Shown one piece after another: positions 27,880 to 64,000 of a stretch of 64,000 nucleotides of DNA (its first letter is position 1; the number at the start of each line of letters is the position of its first letter). Origin of the DNA: Macrostomum lignano (taxonomy: Eukaryota); contig NIVC01000007.1 in NCBI GenBank assembly GCA_002269645.1, forward strand, positions 129,456 through 193,455. Direction: 5' to 3'. A program made the translations under genes and the position numbers. The notes under the pieces are model-generated. The model did not search any database and was not told where the DNA came from. It saw only the letters and a program-made list of their open reading frames with translations.

Positions 27880-29290
27880 GCCTGGGTATGAACATAGGCT
27901 GCTCCACTAGCAGTGTCTGGGGCGCTGGCATCAGCCAGCAGGCAGTCAACAAAATGCCAAGTACACGCCTGCCCCTGCCGGTAGGGTGCCTGTAGTGTCA
28001 GCAGCAGCACCTCCTGCATCAGCTGTGGGCAGTACAACTTGGCTCAGATGAAACGGCCTGCTAGCTGGATTTGCTGATGGCGCAACAGTTCTCTGGTACG
28101 AGACAGGCCAGTGCGGCAATAGAGTGCCGCATTGGTGACTCACTTGTAACCGATCTTGAAGGCAGTGCGCAGCAGGCCAGCGTGGGCTGCATCGACCAGC
28201 TGTTTTTGTGAGTCCGTCAGCATCCAGGTCTTGGCGTTGTACAACAGGATGGTCTCGATTACCACCTGGAACAATGCCCTCTAACAGTCAGGCAGGGCCT
28301 CGGACTGCAGGACAACCCTCATGGAATGCAGCTCAGTCAAGTCCACGGCGACGTCGCAGGTCCTCGCTAACGTCAGGCACCAGACCGCCGAGGTAGACGA
28401 ACTGCTGACAGCACGAAAGCTTCGTCGCCTGTCCGTCGGCGCCTCGGCAGAAAATTGTAGCCCCGATGTCGTCCGGCACGCAGAGCACGACGGTCTTCTG
28501 CGTGTTGACCACCAGGCCGACGCTCGCCGCAACGCTCACCAGCCGGTCCAGCTGGCGTTGGGCGCCCTCGACGGTCGAGGACAGCAGGGCGAGATCATCG
28601 GCGTAGCCCAGAACGCTAAGCTGCCTTTCCGGTTGGCGTCGACCCACGCGTCGCTGCAACAGGAAGCCGTCGTGGACGTGGTTAGAAGGGAGAGCAGTCC
28701 GCAGCACCCAGTCAAGCACCAGGACGAACAGGAACGGCGCAAGCGTATCTCCCTGAACACCCCAGTGGATGTCTCAAAGAAATTTGACAGGCCGTCCGGT
28801 GTCAGCACAGCAGCATTCGTGCCATGATGTCTGGTGCAACTGGCCGTCATGTGCCGCGGTGGGGCCGGAAGCCGTTCTGTTTAGGACGCAGGTACGGATC
28901 CAGCACGGGCTGCAACCGCGATAACAGCATCCGGTTGAACAGCTTCGCAGCGCAGGACTGCAGGCAGATACCTCGGTGCTCCTCAAGCCGCGTGGTGCAC
29001 GGCTTCTTCGGAATAGCGACGATGTGCACCGTGGTCCATTCGTTGGGTGCCGTCTCACCGAAAAGCACGCGGTTCATCACACTGGCGACCTCGCTGGCCA
29101 CCCAGTGGAGTCGCAGCGCCTCGATGGGCACCTCGTCCGGGCCCAGCGCTTTCCCGTCCGGTGACTGTTGGGCGAGCCTCACAACTTCGGCTGTGCTGAC
29201 TGGGGCTACATTAAAACTCTCCTCTGCCGGCAACGGCGTCTCCGGCGGCAGCCTCAGACTCAGATCGTTTGGCAGCGGGGGCATCGGCCT
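27880..29290 (-). mobile_element. Non-LTR retrotransposon (RTE-like) reverse transcriptase fragment: 5'-truncated, internally deleted, with stops and frameshifts
   Basis: KALGPDEVP, IVAIPKK, HRGICLQSCAAKLFNRMLLSRL, QNGFRPHRGT, GV(F)QGDTLAPFLF, GYADDLALL, FVYLG, and C-terminal LFQVVIETILLYNAKTW. Confidence 0.93.
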
Positions 29291-29590
29291 TGGTCACAAT
29301 TTCATCATATGTGGAAAGAATTGTGACCAAGGCTTGTCAACCCGTCGTGTAACTTCACATTATTAAAATGATTTAAAATTTGATAACACAACTGCCCAAG
29401 AGATGAGTGTGTCTGCATATTCAAGGGATTAGTCATATGACATGGTTGAGTCATATGAGCACAGGAGATGCAGTGAACTTGGCCTACTGTAGTGACTCAA
29501 AAGAAAGGTATAAGATAGTGCTGGCTCTGACAACCTGCTGCTTTGGTTTAGTAGCAGTGCTAAGGCAGTGTTAACCGTGCTGCATTCCAG

Positions 29591-31279
29591 TTTCTCATCC
29601 GCCAGCTGCTCACCCGCGAGGCCCTGTGCCTCAGTCACAGCCGTGACCTGACCAGCATGGCTGGCGGCAAGATCAAACGGTTCTACAAGCAGGCCCACGT
29701 GACCAAATCCGGCCCCGGGGCCTACGAGGTCAACTTGGATCAGCGCAGACTGCGGACACCGGGCGGACAGCCGTTTGTTGTGCCGCACGAAGGTCTAGCA
29801 TTGGCTGTGGTTCAGGAATGGAATTCTCAGGTTAATCATATTGACAGGTGAGGGCTGTTAATGGGCTAATGACTCTAGCAGTTTCTACATATTTTTAGTG
29901 AGCGTTGATTGAAGTGTTGAGGTTCAAAAACGCTCGTAATCCCCAAGTTTGAGCACCTAAATTTCCCAAAATATCTTCCCGTTTGAGCATCTAAATTCCC
30001 CAAAATATCCCCACGTTTGAGCACCACCTAACTTCCCCAGTGTTTGAGCTCATTAATCACCCGTCTCCCCGCAGGACCCGCATGCACCTGACCAGCCTGT
30101 GCAACTCGGCCATAGACAATCCGCTGGGACTGAGCCGCGACCAGCAGGCCGCCGCGATACTGGAGTACTTGGAAACTGACACCCTGCTGTTCTGGAGCAC
30201 CGAGCCTGAAGATCTGCACCAGCTGCAGCGGCAGCGGTGGCAGCCTGTGCTTGACAACGTCAACCAGCAGTACAGCCTGCGGCTGGCGCCAACTCTCACG
30301 CTGCAGCCGCCGCAGATTGACGGCGAAGCGTTGAAAAAGTTCAGAGCCAGACTGGCGTCGCTGAACTCTTGGGGCGTCTCCGGGGTCCGGTTCGCTGCCG
30401 AGAGTCTCAAGTCATGTCTGCTGGCTGTGTGTCTGCTTGACAGGTTGGTCTGACCTTCGTTGTCTTCAGCTTTGTGATGGATTCCAGGACTCCCAGATCC
30501 TCAGTTGCTGGGCCAGCCTCCCAGATCCTCAGTTGCTGGGCCAGCCTCCCAGAGTGTCAGTTGCTGGGCCAGCCTCCCAGATGCTCAGTTGCTGGGCCAG
30601 CCTCCCAGATCTTCAGTTGCTGGGCCAGCCTCCCAGAGTGTCAGTTGCTGGGCCAGCCTCCCAGAGTGTCAGTTGCTGGGCCAGCCTCCCAGAGTGTCAG
30701 TTTCTGGGCCAGCCTCCCAGATCCTCAGTTGCTAGGCCAGCCTCCCAGATCTTCAGTTGCTGGGCCAGCCTCCCAGATCCTCAGCTGCTGGGCCAGCCTC
30801 CCAGATCCTCAGTTGCTGGGCCAGCCTCCCAGATGCTCAGTTGCTGGGCCAGCCTCCCAGATCCTCAGTTGCTGGGCCAGCCTCGGAGATCCTCAGTTGC
30901 TGGGCCAGCCTCCCAGATCCTCAGTTGCTGGGCCAGCCTCCCAGATCCTCAGCTGCTGGGCCAGCCTCCCAGATTCTCAGTTGCTGGGCCAGCCTCCCAG
31001 ATGCTCAGTTGCTGGGCCATTGCCAACTTCATAAATCAATTTACACACGCACTGGCCCGCAGACGCCTCCCAGTCTCCGAGGCCTGCTCCCTCAGCCGGC
31101 TGGAGTCGCAGTTCCAGGCGGACAAGTGGGGCCAAGTGGAGTGGCACCATGGCGTTGATGCCACCGAGCTGGAGTGCCGCGTCTCTGCCGGCACACTGAT
31201 GGCGCTTGTCAGCCACGAGTGGCGCGAAGTGCAGCTGGCTGGTGCGGCCGCCACCGCCGCCTCAAGGCAGGGGAAATAG
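29591..31279 (+). CDS. ATPAF2: ATP synthase mitochondrial F1 assembly factor 2 (ATP12); exons 29591 (or ATG at 29657)-29847, 30075-30443, 31063-31279
   Basis: KRFYKQAHV..YEVNLDQRRLRTP..LALAVVQEWNSQ, MHLTSLCNSAIDNP, YLETDTLLF, SRLESQFQADKWGQVEWHH. GT-AG introns in phase 2 and 2. The 5' end is uncertain. Confidence 0.93.
29940..30030. repeat. About 36-bp tandem repeat (about 3 copies) in ATPAF2 intron 1
   Basis: GTTTGAGCA.CTAAATT.CCCAAAATATC recurs. Confidence 0.8.
30480..31018. repeat. About 28-bp minisatellite (TCAGTTGCTGGGCCAGCCTCCCAGATCC) filling ATPAF2 intron 2
   Basis: Tandem periodicity read directly. Confidence 0.95.
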
Positions 31280-31294
31280 ATCACCAGTGCAGAT

Positions 31295-32190
31295 GGGATA
31301 GAGATTGGTAAAGTAGATCCCACAATATAGTTGGCAATGAGATTGGTGAAGTAGATCCCACAATATAGTTGGCAATGAGATTGGTAAAGTAGATCCCACA
31401 ATATAGTTGGCAATGAGATTGGTGAAGTAGATCCCACAATATAGTTGGCAATAAGATTGGTAAAGTAGATCCCACAATATAGTTGGCAATAAGATTGGTA
31501 AAGTAGATCCCACAATATAGTTGGCAATAAGATTGGTAAAGTAGATCCCACAATATAGTTGGCAATAAGATTGGTGAAGTAGATCCCACAATATAGTTGG
31601 CAATGAGATTGGTGAGGTAGATCCCACAATATAGTTGGCAATAAGATTGGTGAAGTAGATCCCACAATATAGTTGGCAATGAGATTAGTAAAGTAGATCC
31701 CACAATATAGTTGGCAATAAGATTGGTGAAGTAGATCCCACAATATAGTTGGCAATAAGATTGGTAAAGTAGATCCCACAATATAGTTGGCAATGAGATT
31801 GGTGAGGTAGATCCCACAATATAGTTGGCAATAAGATTGGTAAAGTAGATCCCACAATATAGTTGGCAATGAGATTAGTAAAGTAGATCCCACAATATAG
31901 TTGGCAATAAGATTGGTAAAGTAGATCCCACAATATAGTTGGCAATGAGATTAGTAAAGTAGATCCCACAATATAGTTGGCAATAAGATTGGTGAAGTAT
32001 ATCCCACAATATAGTTGGCAATAAGATTGGTAAAGTAGATCCCACAATATAGTTGGCAATGAGATTGGTGAGGTAGATCCCACAATATAGTTGGCAATAA
32101 GATTGGTAAAGTAGATCCCACAATATAGTTGGCAATGAGATTAGTAAAGTAGATCCCACAATAATATTTGGAAGAGTTTGTTAAAGTAGA
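31295..32190. repeat. 38-bp minisatellite (AGTAGATCCCACAATATAGTTGGCAATGAGATTGGTAA), about 23 copies, downstream of the ATPAF2 stop
   Basis: Tandem periodicity read directly. Confidence 0.96.
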
Positions 32191-32509
32191 TCCCGCATTG
32201 TCATACTGGCTGTTCTGCAAAATGTTGGGCCAGACCGAAAATGTGCACCAAAATTGTCAACGCATTTCTGATTGCCTTATTTGCTTGATGGTTTGCTGTC
32301 AATGCCGTCTTTGGTGTACCAGTGCTGCTGATCGGTAGCAATTATAATATAAAATAAAACATTTTTACTGAATAAATGCTTTCTCAGCTACTATGAACTT
32401 CCAGTTGATTTGATTTTAAATTTCTTTTATTCTATTTTTTCTAATTTGAGACTAATCTGACTTTTAATGACTTTAGGTATTAACAATAGTGTAAAACAGG
32501 CAAGATAGA

Positions 32510-32534
32510 CGGACAGACTGACAGACAGACAGAC

Positions 32535-32616
<82 letters not shown>

Positions 32617-32670
32617 GCAGACAGACAGACAAACAGGCAGACAGACAGACAGACAGACAGACAGCAAACA
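32510..32670. repeat. (GACA)n microsatellite
   Basis: Read directly. Confidence 0.95.
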
Positions 32671-32691
32671 GACGCTGCCAACCCGCCGCAG

Positions 32692-33333
32692 GCAGCCGCC
32701 GTAGCAGCCAAGGCACTGGGCTACTCAGTGATAGCTGGCTCAGCCAGCGTGAAGCTGCCGCAGCTCTTGAAGGTGTTCAACAGCGGCAGCAGCCGCGGCC
32801 TGTCCCCGGTGACCACAGCCTGCGAACTGGCGGCCTCCACTGTAGGCTTTCTGTACGGCCTTCGCCGGGGATTCCCGCTGAGCGCCTACGGCGAGGGCTT
32901 CCTACTGGCCGGCCAGACAATCGCCATCGCCGCCCTGTCCATCTACTACGCTAGAGGCCGGTCGCTGGGGCTCGCGTTGACCTTCTGCGCGATATTCGCT
33001 GGCTTGGTGGCCCTGCTGGCAGCGCCCAGTCTGGTGCCACTGGCTGTCATTGCGGCTGGCCAGGCGTGCACCCTGCCGCTGGTGCTGGCTGGCAAAGCTG
33101 CTCAGGCTTGGCGGAACTTCAGCTCGAGTAGCACCGGCCAGGTGTCGCTGATCACCTATTCGATGCTGCTGTTGGGCAGCCTGGCTCGAGTGTTCACCTC
33201 GGTGCAGGAGACTGCGGACCCAATGCTGGTTCTGCTGTACCTGGGGGCCAGCGCCGGCAATGCCGTCATTGTGGCTCAGATCCTCTACTATGGCGGCGCT
33301 GACAAGGGCAGAAGGAAGGAGAAGTCCGGATGA
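32692..33333 (+). CDS. MPDU1: Mannose-P-dolichol utilization defect 1-like PQ-loop protein; main exon, 5' start unresolved
   Basis: AKALGYSVIAGSASVKLPQLLKV..SSRGLS, PLSAYGEGFL, KAAQAWRNFSSSSTGQVSLIT, GSLARVFTSVQETAD. No in-frame ATG near the conserved start. Confidence 0.9.
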   Translation, partial: AAAVAAKALGYSVIAGSASVKLPQLLKVFNSGSSRGLSPVTTACELAASTVGFLYGLRRGFPLSAYGEGFLLAGQTIAIAALSIYYARGRSLGLALTFCAIFAGLVALLAAPSLVPLAVIAAGQACTLPLVLAGKAAQAWRNFSSSSTGQVSLITYSMLLLGSLARVFTSVQETADPMLVLLYLGASAGNAVIVAQILYYGGADKGRRKEKSG

Positions 33334-33421
33334 CTTTTTACTTTTCCTTTTTTAACTGGACTTGGCGAGTTCAAATTTCAACTTGCTGCGTGCGTGTGAA
33401 TTGATTTACTAAGCTGTAAAA

Positions 33422-33696
33422 CAGGGGTAGGCGAACTGCGGCCCGCTAAGCCTCTCTTTGGCCTCGGGTCCTTTGATACTTCACAATAATAATCCGGCTT
33501 GCTCAGAGTCTCTTCCTCTCTCTGTTCTCTGTTCTCTCCTCTCCTCTCGCCTCGCCTGGCCTGTCGCCCCTCGCCTCTCCATTTTCCTACGAGTGTCTCT
33601 CATCTCTCATCTTTATTCTCTCTCCCCTCTAGCCCACAGTCATGCGCTGGGTTCTCTGTCTGGCCCTTTGAGATAAAAAACATTTTGTCGACCCTG
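33422..33696. mobile_element. Degenerate hAT-type MITE
   Basis: CAGGGGTAGGCGAACTGCGGCCCGC start and TGGCCCTTTG...TTTGTCGACCCTG end; flanks CTGTAAAA and ACCTAAAA match only partly. Confidence 0.55.
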
Positions 33697-34289
33697 ACCT
33701 AAAATATCAAGTTTAAAGTTTTATATTTGAATTGAAGTTCAGATTTAATGCAGTCTTTCTAAAAAAATTTTCCGCATAATATTCCTTTATATAGCTTTAA
33801 TTTGCTTAATTTATCTGATCTGTACTTAGTAGTATATAGCGCGTTTTAAAAATTAACTTTTGCAATATTTCTATTCCATAAAATTATGTCCTAATTGCTT
33901 TAGCTATTGGCATTTTGATTTTTTAAACAATTGTTTGTTTTATCAGACTTCATAAAGATTTATCAAGAAAAATAATTGTTTAGCTTTCTCCTGGTTGAAT
34001 TAATCGTAACTTGTGTTTACGATTCAGTGACAGATTTATTGAATAAGTACGAAATTGTTCTGTTAGATACAGAGGAAAATGATTAAATGATAAAATTAAA
34101 AAAAGTTTCTCGTATCTTACTGAAATCAATTTGCAAATACTGGTACTGATATCTTTCGTCTAGCGTCAACAATTCAAGTATCAGATGGCAGCCATCGCAA
34201 CCACTCGTGACTGTGATCATTATCCAAGTCTGAAACCATAGACTTAATCTACCATTAAAGCAGCAATTAGCTTCATGGAGCTAAAAATA

Positions 34290-34545
34290 GCAAAAGTGAA
34301 AACATAAGAAGTGAGGGTTTACCAGCGGAGCTAATAATAGCCACAATGTACATAAGGAGTAAGGATTCTCTAGCAGAGCTAAAAATAGCAACAATGTAAC
34401 ATAAGGAGTGAGGATTCTCTAGCAGAGCTAAAAATAGCACCAATGTACATAAGGAGTGAGGGTTCACTAGCGGAGCTAAAAATAGCAACAATGTACATAA
34501 GATTAAGGTTCACCCGCAGAGCTAAAAAAGCAACAATGTACATCA
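34290..34545. repeat. About 49-bp tandem repeat, about 5 copies, 3' of the EAAT stop
   Basis: GAGCTAAAAATAGCAACAATGTACATAAGG recurs. Confidence 0.85.
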
Positions 34546-34583
34546 AGTGTCAACCCCCCCCCCCGAGGTAAAACGTAAAGCGC

Positions 34584-59971
<25,388 letters not shown>

Positions 59972-61488
59972 CGCATGGCTGAGTCACTTTTAAGTAAACT
60001 AGTAGACTAGTAAACTCAAATGCCGCAATAGAATGAACAGCAATCTTGGACAGCTAAAATAGAAGGACCGCTACACTTTCAGTATGGAACGCGTATTTGT
60101 CGTATCGCTGGTGCATTAGTTCTGCACTACTTTTGCGGTCTATTTTCAATTTTGTCACTGTGCATTCAGTTTTGACAGAATGCTTAATGCGCCGTCGGAC
60201 CGCAGTCGACAACTGCGGTGCCCTCGTACTTGTACGCGAGCATAGACACTGGATTTTAATTACACAGCGTGTTTCGTTGCGCACCGATCCAGGCCATAGA
60301 CAAATTCTAATGCTTCTGTGAAGTCTCCTTGCTAGCTAACACATTTTTTTATTCGATAAATTTTTCCTGACCGAATTTGTCTATGGTGAAACCTCATTCA
60401 ACGCCATGCGTTCCTTACCAACCTACAGCTCATTTCTAACAAAATTGAGTGAGGAGGAGTTTTCTAACAAATTCCTTCTGCTGTAGTTGGCCATGGTGTA
60501 CACAGGTGCACATGCACTTTTTCGAAATCAAAGGTGGAAGCACAAAAGTTTATTCTAATTGTACGAATTTGGGAAATTTATACAGATGCAGTCTGGGGAG
60601 ATCTTACTTTTGTGGCCCTCATATTCACCTATTCTATATTATACTGGAAGCTGTCCGTCTATCTGGCAACTTTCTCATGTTAAATATTAATCGAAAACAA
60701 ATGCGCAAAAAGTCAAATAATTATTCGTCCGTGCGTTTCCTCACCCGAGAATGTTCCGTAAGGCTTCTCCGCCATGCGTCCAGTGGGGCTCGAGACTTCG
60801 GTCTGTGACTCGGTCACAATATATACATGCCAAATGCGTTTGCTTGGACTGCTCTGTACAGATAAAATATCAGAGGTCAATTTAGTGTACACCTATAGCG
60901 CTTAGTGAAGCCAAAGGTTGAAGATAAGACGCAATGTTTATCGCTGCGATGTACTCCATAAGAGTTTCTATGAACGTGCAATTTGCAAGCAGCTATAAAG
61001 ACATTTCGGTCTAATGTATTGAGTCCAACGTGTGTTTTTATTATTAAATATTCGCGAGAAAGTTTTGAGAATTTCAGCCAAAATTTCGATACGATATGCA
61101 TGTTGGGCGACATTTCGCGATAAGCATGGAGATACCCTCGTATTTTTGGAGGTAATAAATAAAATAAAGATTAATCGGCTAAATAAGATAAACAAAATTT
61201 GTTAATATCAAGAATAACTTCAGCTGTCCACGAAGTCGCAATATGCCAAGTGGGTGGAGTAGGCGTCGAACAAAACGTTAGAAAGTGTTAAGCTAAAATC
61301 GGAGTCAGGGAATGCATCACAGGTATGTTAGAGTTATTAGATTCATACAACATCATTACAAATTACAAAGCTTGATTGCTTTGCGGTCTGTGGTTGAGAT
61401 TAAAAAGCTTAAGCTTCAGGAACTTTCGAATTTTCCATGTACAGCGTCCTTTTAAAATAGTTTAGTTACTTTTGCCGCCTACATTCGG

Positions 61489-63206
61489 TTACCAGCCACC
61501 AATTGACACCCGATCATAATCTAGTGACAAACTCGTGTTCAGCAGCGTACTGCGGTTCACTGGCAATTGTTTGTCGTCGAGCGATGCTGGCAGAAGTCGC
61601 GCCGGTTGCCGGTCTGTTTGCTGCGATGCTTCGTCCTCCATGAACACCGCGGCTGCCGCCATTTGCGCTGGGATCGCAAACTCAGGCCTGACCCGTCTGC
61701 AACAAATCAGTGCGGCGTAAGCTGCCCGGAACTGCGGATGCGAAAAGGCGTACACAAACGGATTGACCGCGCTGTTGGCGTGCGTCAACAAGATGCACAC
61801 TTTGACGACGTAACTCCCGTATTGTAGATCGCACATCACCTGAAGCAGTGGAGATTTAATTCTTCTGAGAATTTGAGTAGATTAATGTCGGTTAGTAAAA
61901 TAAAGCAATGCTGGAAGACACAGTTGAGTTGGCCGGGTAGAGGAGCGTTCTCTCATCCAGATTTCAGGGTTCAATGTGTTTGTACCTTGCACAGAAGTTA
62001 GCCTAGGGCTTACGTAATTTGTGCTCATGATAGCTCAACCCCTACAGCACACAATTCAAATTCTATGAATGTCTGAAGATGAGAAGCCAGGACCACTGCA
62101 CACCACGTGTCCGTATGTCCAATTTCCGGATGTCCAATGTCCATATGTCCAATTTCCGGATGTCCAATGTCCGTATGTCCAATGTCCTTATGTCCGTATA
62201 CATATGATCAAGTTCACTGCATGGTTGGCGGACGCCTCGTGAAAACCCCCCAGCAATGCAGAATAAACTCCAATAACTTCATGTAAACAAACTAAAAACA
62301 AATATGCAACTAATTAGCCATATACCTGCAATACGTTATGGATATTCAGAGGTATCCAGGCTATAGCAAACGCGAGAACAATAACGGACATTCGCTTGGC
62401 CGCTTTAACCGTGGCGGTAGAGACGCCGCCACTGTAGGTGCTGTCACCAATGCGCTGCTGTCGTCTGGTCCTGCGTCTCACTGCTGTCAGCATCCCGCCG
62501 CTGCCGCCATCGCCGCCGCCGCCGCGATGGCGCCTGTAGCCGAGCTGGCGCCGGATGATGCAGAACACGGTGGCGTAGAGTGAAAACACGACGAGGAAAA
62601 TCCAGGCCGACCAGCCGAAGAAGACCACGTAGACCCAGTAGCGCAAGTCGATCACGTTTACAAACGAGCAGACTCCATCTGGAGGCGGGCCCTTGTTCCA
62701 GCCCATGAGCGGTATGAAGCCCAGTAGGGCGCCTGACAACCAGAGCAGTACGCATAATGCTGAGACGTTCCGTCTAGTGAAGAGAGACGATAGCGCAGCG
62801 GGTATTTCACCGCGATGAGTATCTCAAAGGCGATTGCCAGCAGATTGATGAAGCTAACCTGAGTGAATGTTACAACTATGCAGTTGATAATTAGACAGCC
62901 GTAGAAACTATTTTTAGGAAAGCCGCTCTCTGAGACAGACGCAAACGGTATGGCTATAATGCCTACGAGAAAGTCGACCAAGGCCAAGTTGATGATCAGG
63001 TAGTTAGTCGGTTTGCGAAGATTCGGGTACGTCACAGCGGCCAGAATTGTTAAAGCGTTGCCGATAACAGTCAGTAGGCAGATGATTGCTTCTAGGGGCA
63101 GCTGCAGCATTAACGAGTTGAATGAGTCATCCGAACCAGGGCTCGCATTGATGCCAATAGATGTGTTATTTGATGTTGCATTCATATCTGCAAATAATTG
63201 ATTCAT
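61489..63206 (-). CDS. Class A GPCR, adenosine-receptor-like, about 410 aa; exons 63206-62326 and 61839-61489; a 1-bp deletion near 62787-62789
   Basis: GNALTI, TNYLIINLALVDFLVG, GFPKNSFYGCL, AVKYPLRY, LLGFIPLMGWN, FAIAWIPL, LLTHANSAVNPFVYAF; phase-0 GT-AG intron; seven TM segments after frame correction. Confidence 0.85.
62110..62190. repeat. Short ATGTCC(A/G)-based tandem repeat in the GPCR intron
   Basis: Read directly. Confidence 0.75.
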
Positions 63207-63684
63207 GATTAGTTTTAATGTTATCCATTAGTTCACATCAGCACATTGAATATTGATTGAAATCACTCAATGTTAGTTACGAAGCTGTTGGATGTTGAAG
63301 TACATATTCACTTTGCCGTGGACGCTTAGTAAATCAGTTCCTACTCTGTTGCTAACTGCTGAACTGAGACTTATTGGGGAAGCTCAACAAGCGGAGATTG
63401 TCACACTCATGACGGAATACTTCCTATCGCCAGTTGCTATTGGACAAAAACTCATTACAGGCGAGTTGCGAAGAATAAATTGAAGTGCAGCCAAGATTCG
63501 AAGCTGGGTGGCCTATCTGTCAATATCCGGTTCACAGCTGCGACAGCCAATTCTGCCAATGATAGATGACTTGTCTGGGCCTAGAGTTTATTTGCAGTTC
63601 CCAAAATTGGAAACTTCGAAAAATTAATAGAATTCTGAAGATCCAGTCGGTATGCTAATGTAATTTTGAACGAGTCTATGGGGA

Positions 63685-64000
63685 AACGATCATTGTCTAC
63701 CTCAAAAACCATAGACACAAAAGCACACAAGCTATCATTGTCTACCTCCAAAGCCATGACACAAGCACACAAGCTATCATTGTCTACCTCCAAAGCCATG
63801 ACACAAACACACAAGCTATCATTGTCTACCTCCAAAGCCATAGACACAAGCACACAAGCTATCATTGTCTACCTCCAAAGCCATAGACACAAACACACAA
63901 GCTATCATTGTCTACCTCAAAGCCATGACACAAGCACACAAGCTATATTCATTGTCTACCTCCAAAGCCATAGACACAAACACACAAGCTATCATTGTCT
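63685..64000. repeat. About 42-43-bp minisatellite (CTATCATTGTCTACCTCCAAAGCCAT[A]GACACAAGCACACAAG), running off the window end
   Basis: Read directly. Confidence 0.93.

Noticed and set aside
30437-31062. Long ORFs across the ATPAF2 intron 2 repeat
   Set aside because: Repeat-derived; only 31063-31279 is coding, and GT-AG splicing gives a clean ATP12 protein.
31295-32190. CRISPR-like appearance of the 28-38-bp arrays here and elsewhere
   Set aside because: Units are head-to-tail with no unique spacers, no cas genes are present, and the DNA is eukaryotic.
32241-32357. Hydrophobic mini-ORF with an in-frame TGA (MCTKIVNAFLIALFA*WFAV...)
   Set aside because: No SECIS or homology evident; lies in the probable ATPAF2 3'UTR.

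Overview
Intron-rich, repeat-rich animal genomic DNA. A flatworm such as Macrostomum is my guess from the repeat style and cannot be confirmed here. Six host genes are supported by reconstructed splice models: a prolyl 4-hydroxylase alpha subunit (minus, 5 exons), ATPAF2 (plus, 3 exons), an MPDU1-like PQ-loop protein (plus), an SLC1A/EAAT glutamate transporter (minus, 9 exons over 25 kb), an intronless GT13 (MGAT1/POMGNT1-like) glycosyltransferase nested antisense in the last EAAT intron, and an adenosine-receptor-like GPCR (minus, 2 exons). The 18.4-kb last EAAT intron holds a nested stack. An 8.7-kb CMC/EnSpm (CACTA-type) element has CCC termini, a 2-bp TSD, an intact 798-aa transposase and an intact spliced BEN-like accessory gene. 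It sits inside a SINE and carries a DD34D mariner in its own intron. Other mobile elements include a hAT with an 8-bp TSD, hAT MITEs, a foldback element, an RTE-like fragment and a full tRNA-SINE with a 14-bp TSD. Most introns carry their own private minisatellite. Three host genes and the RTE each show one 1-bp deletion, most likely assembly error.
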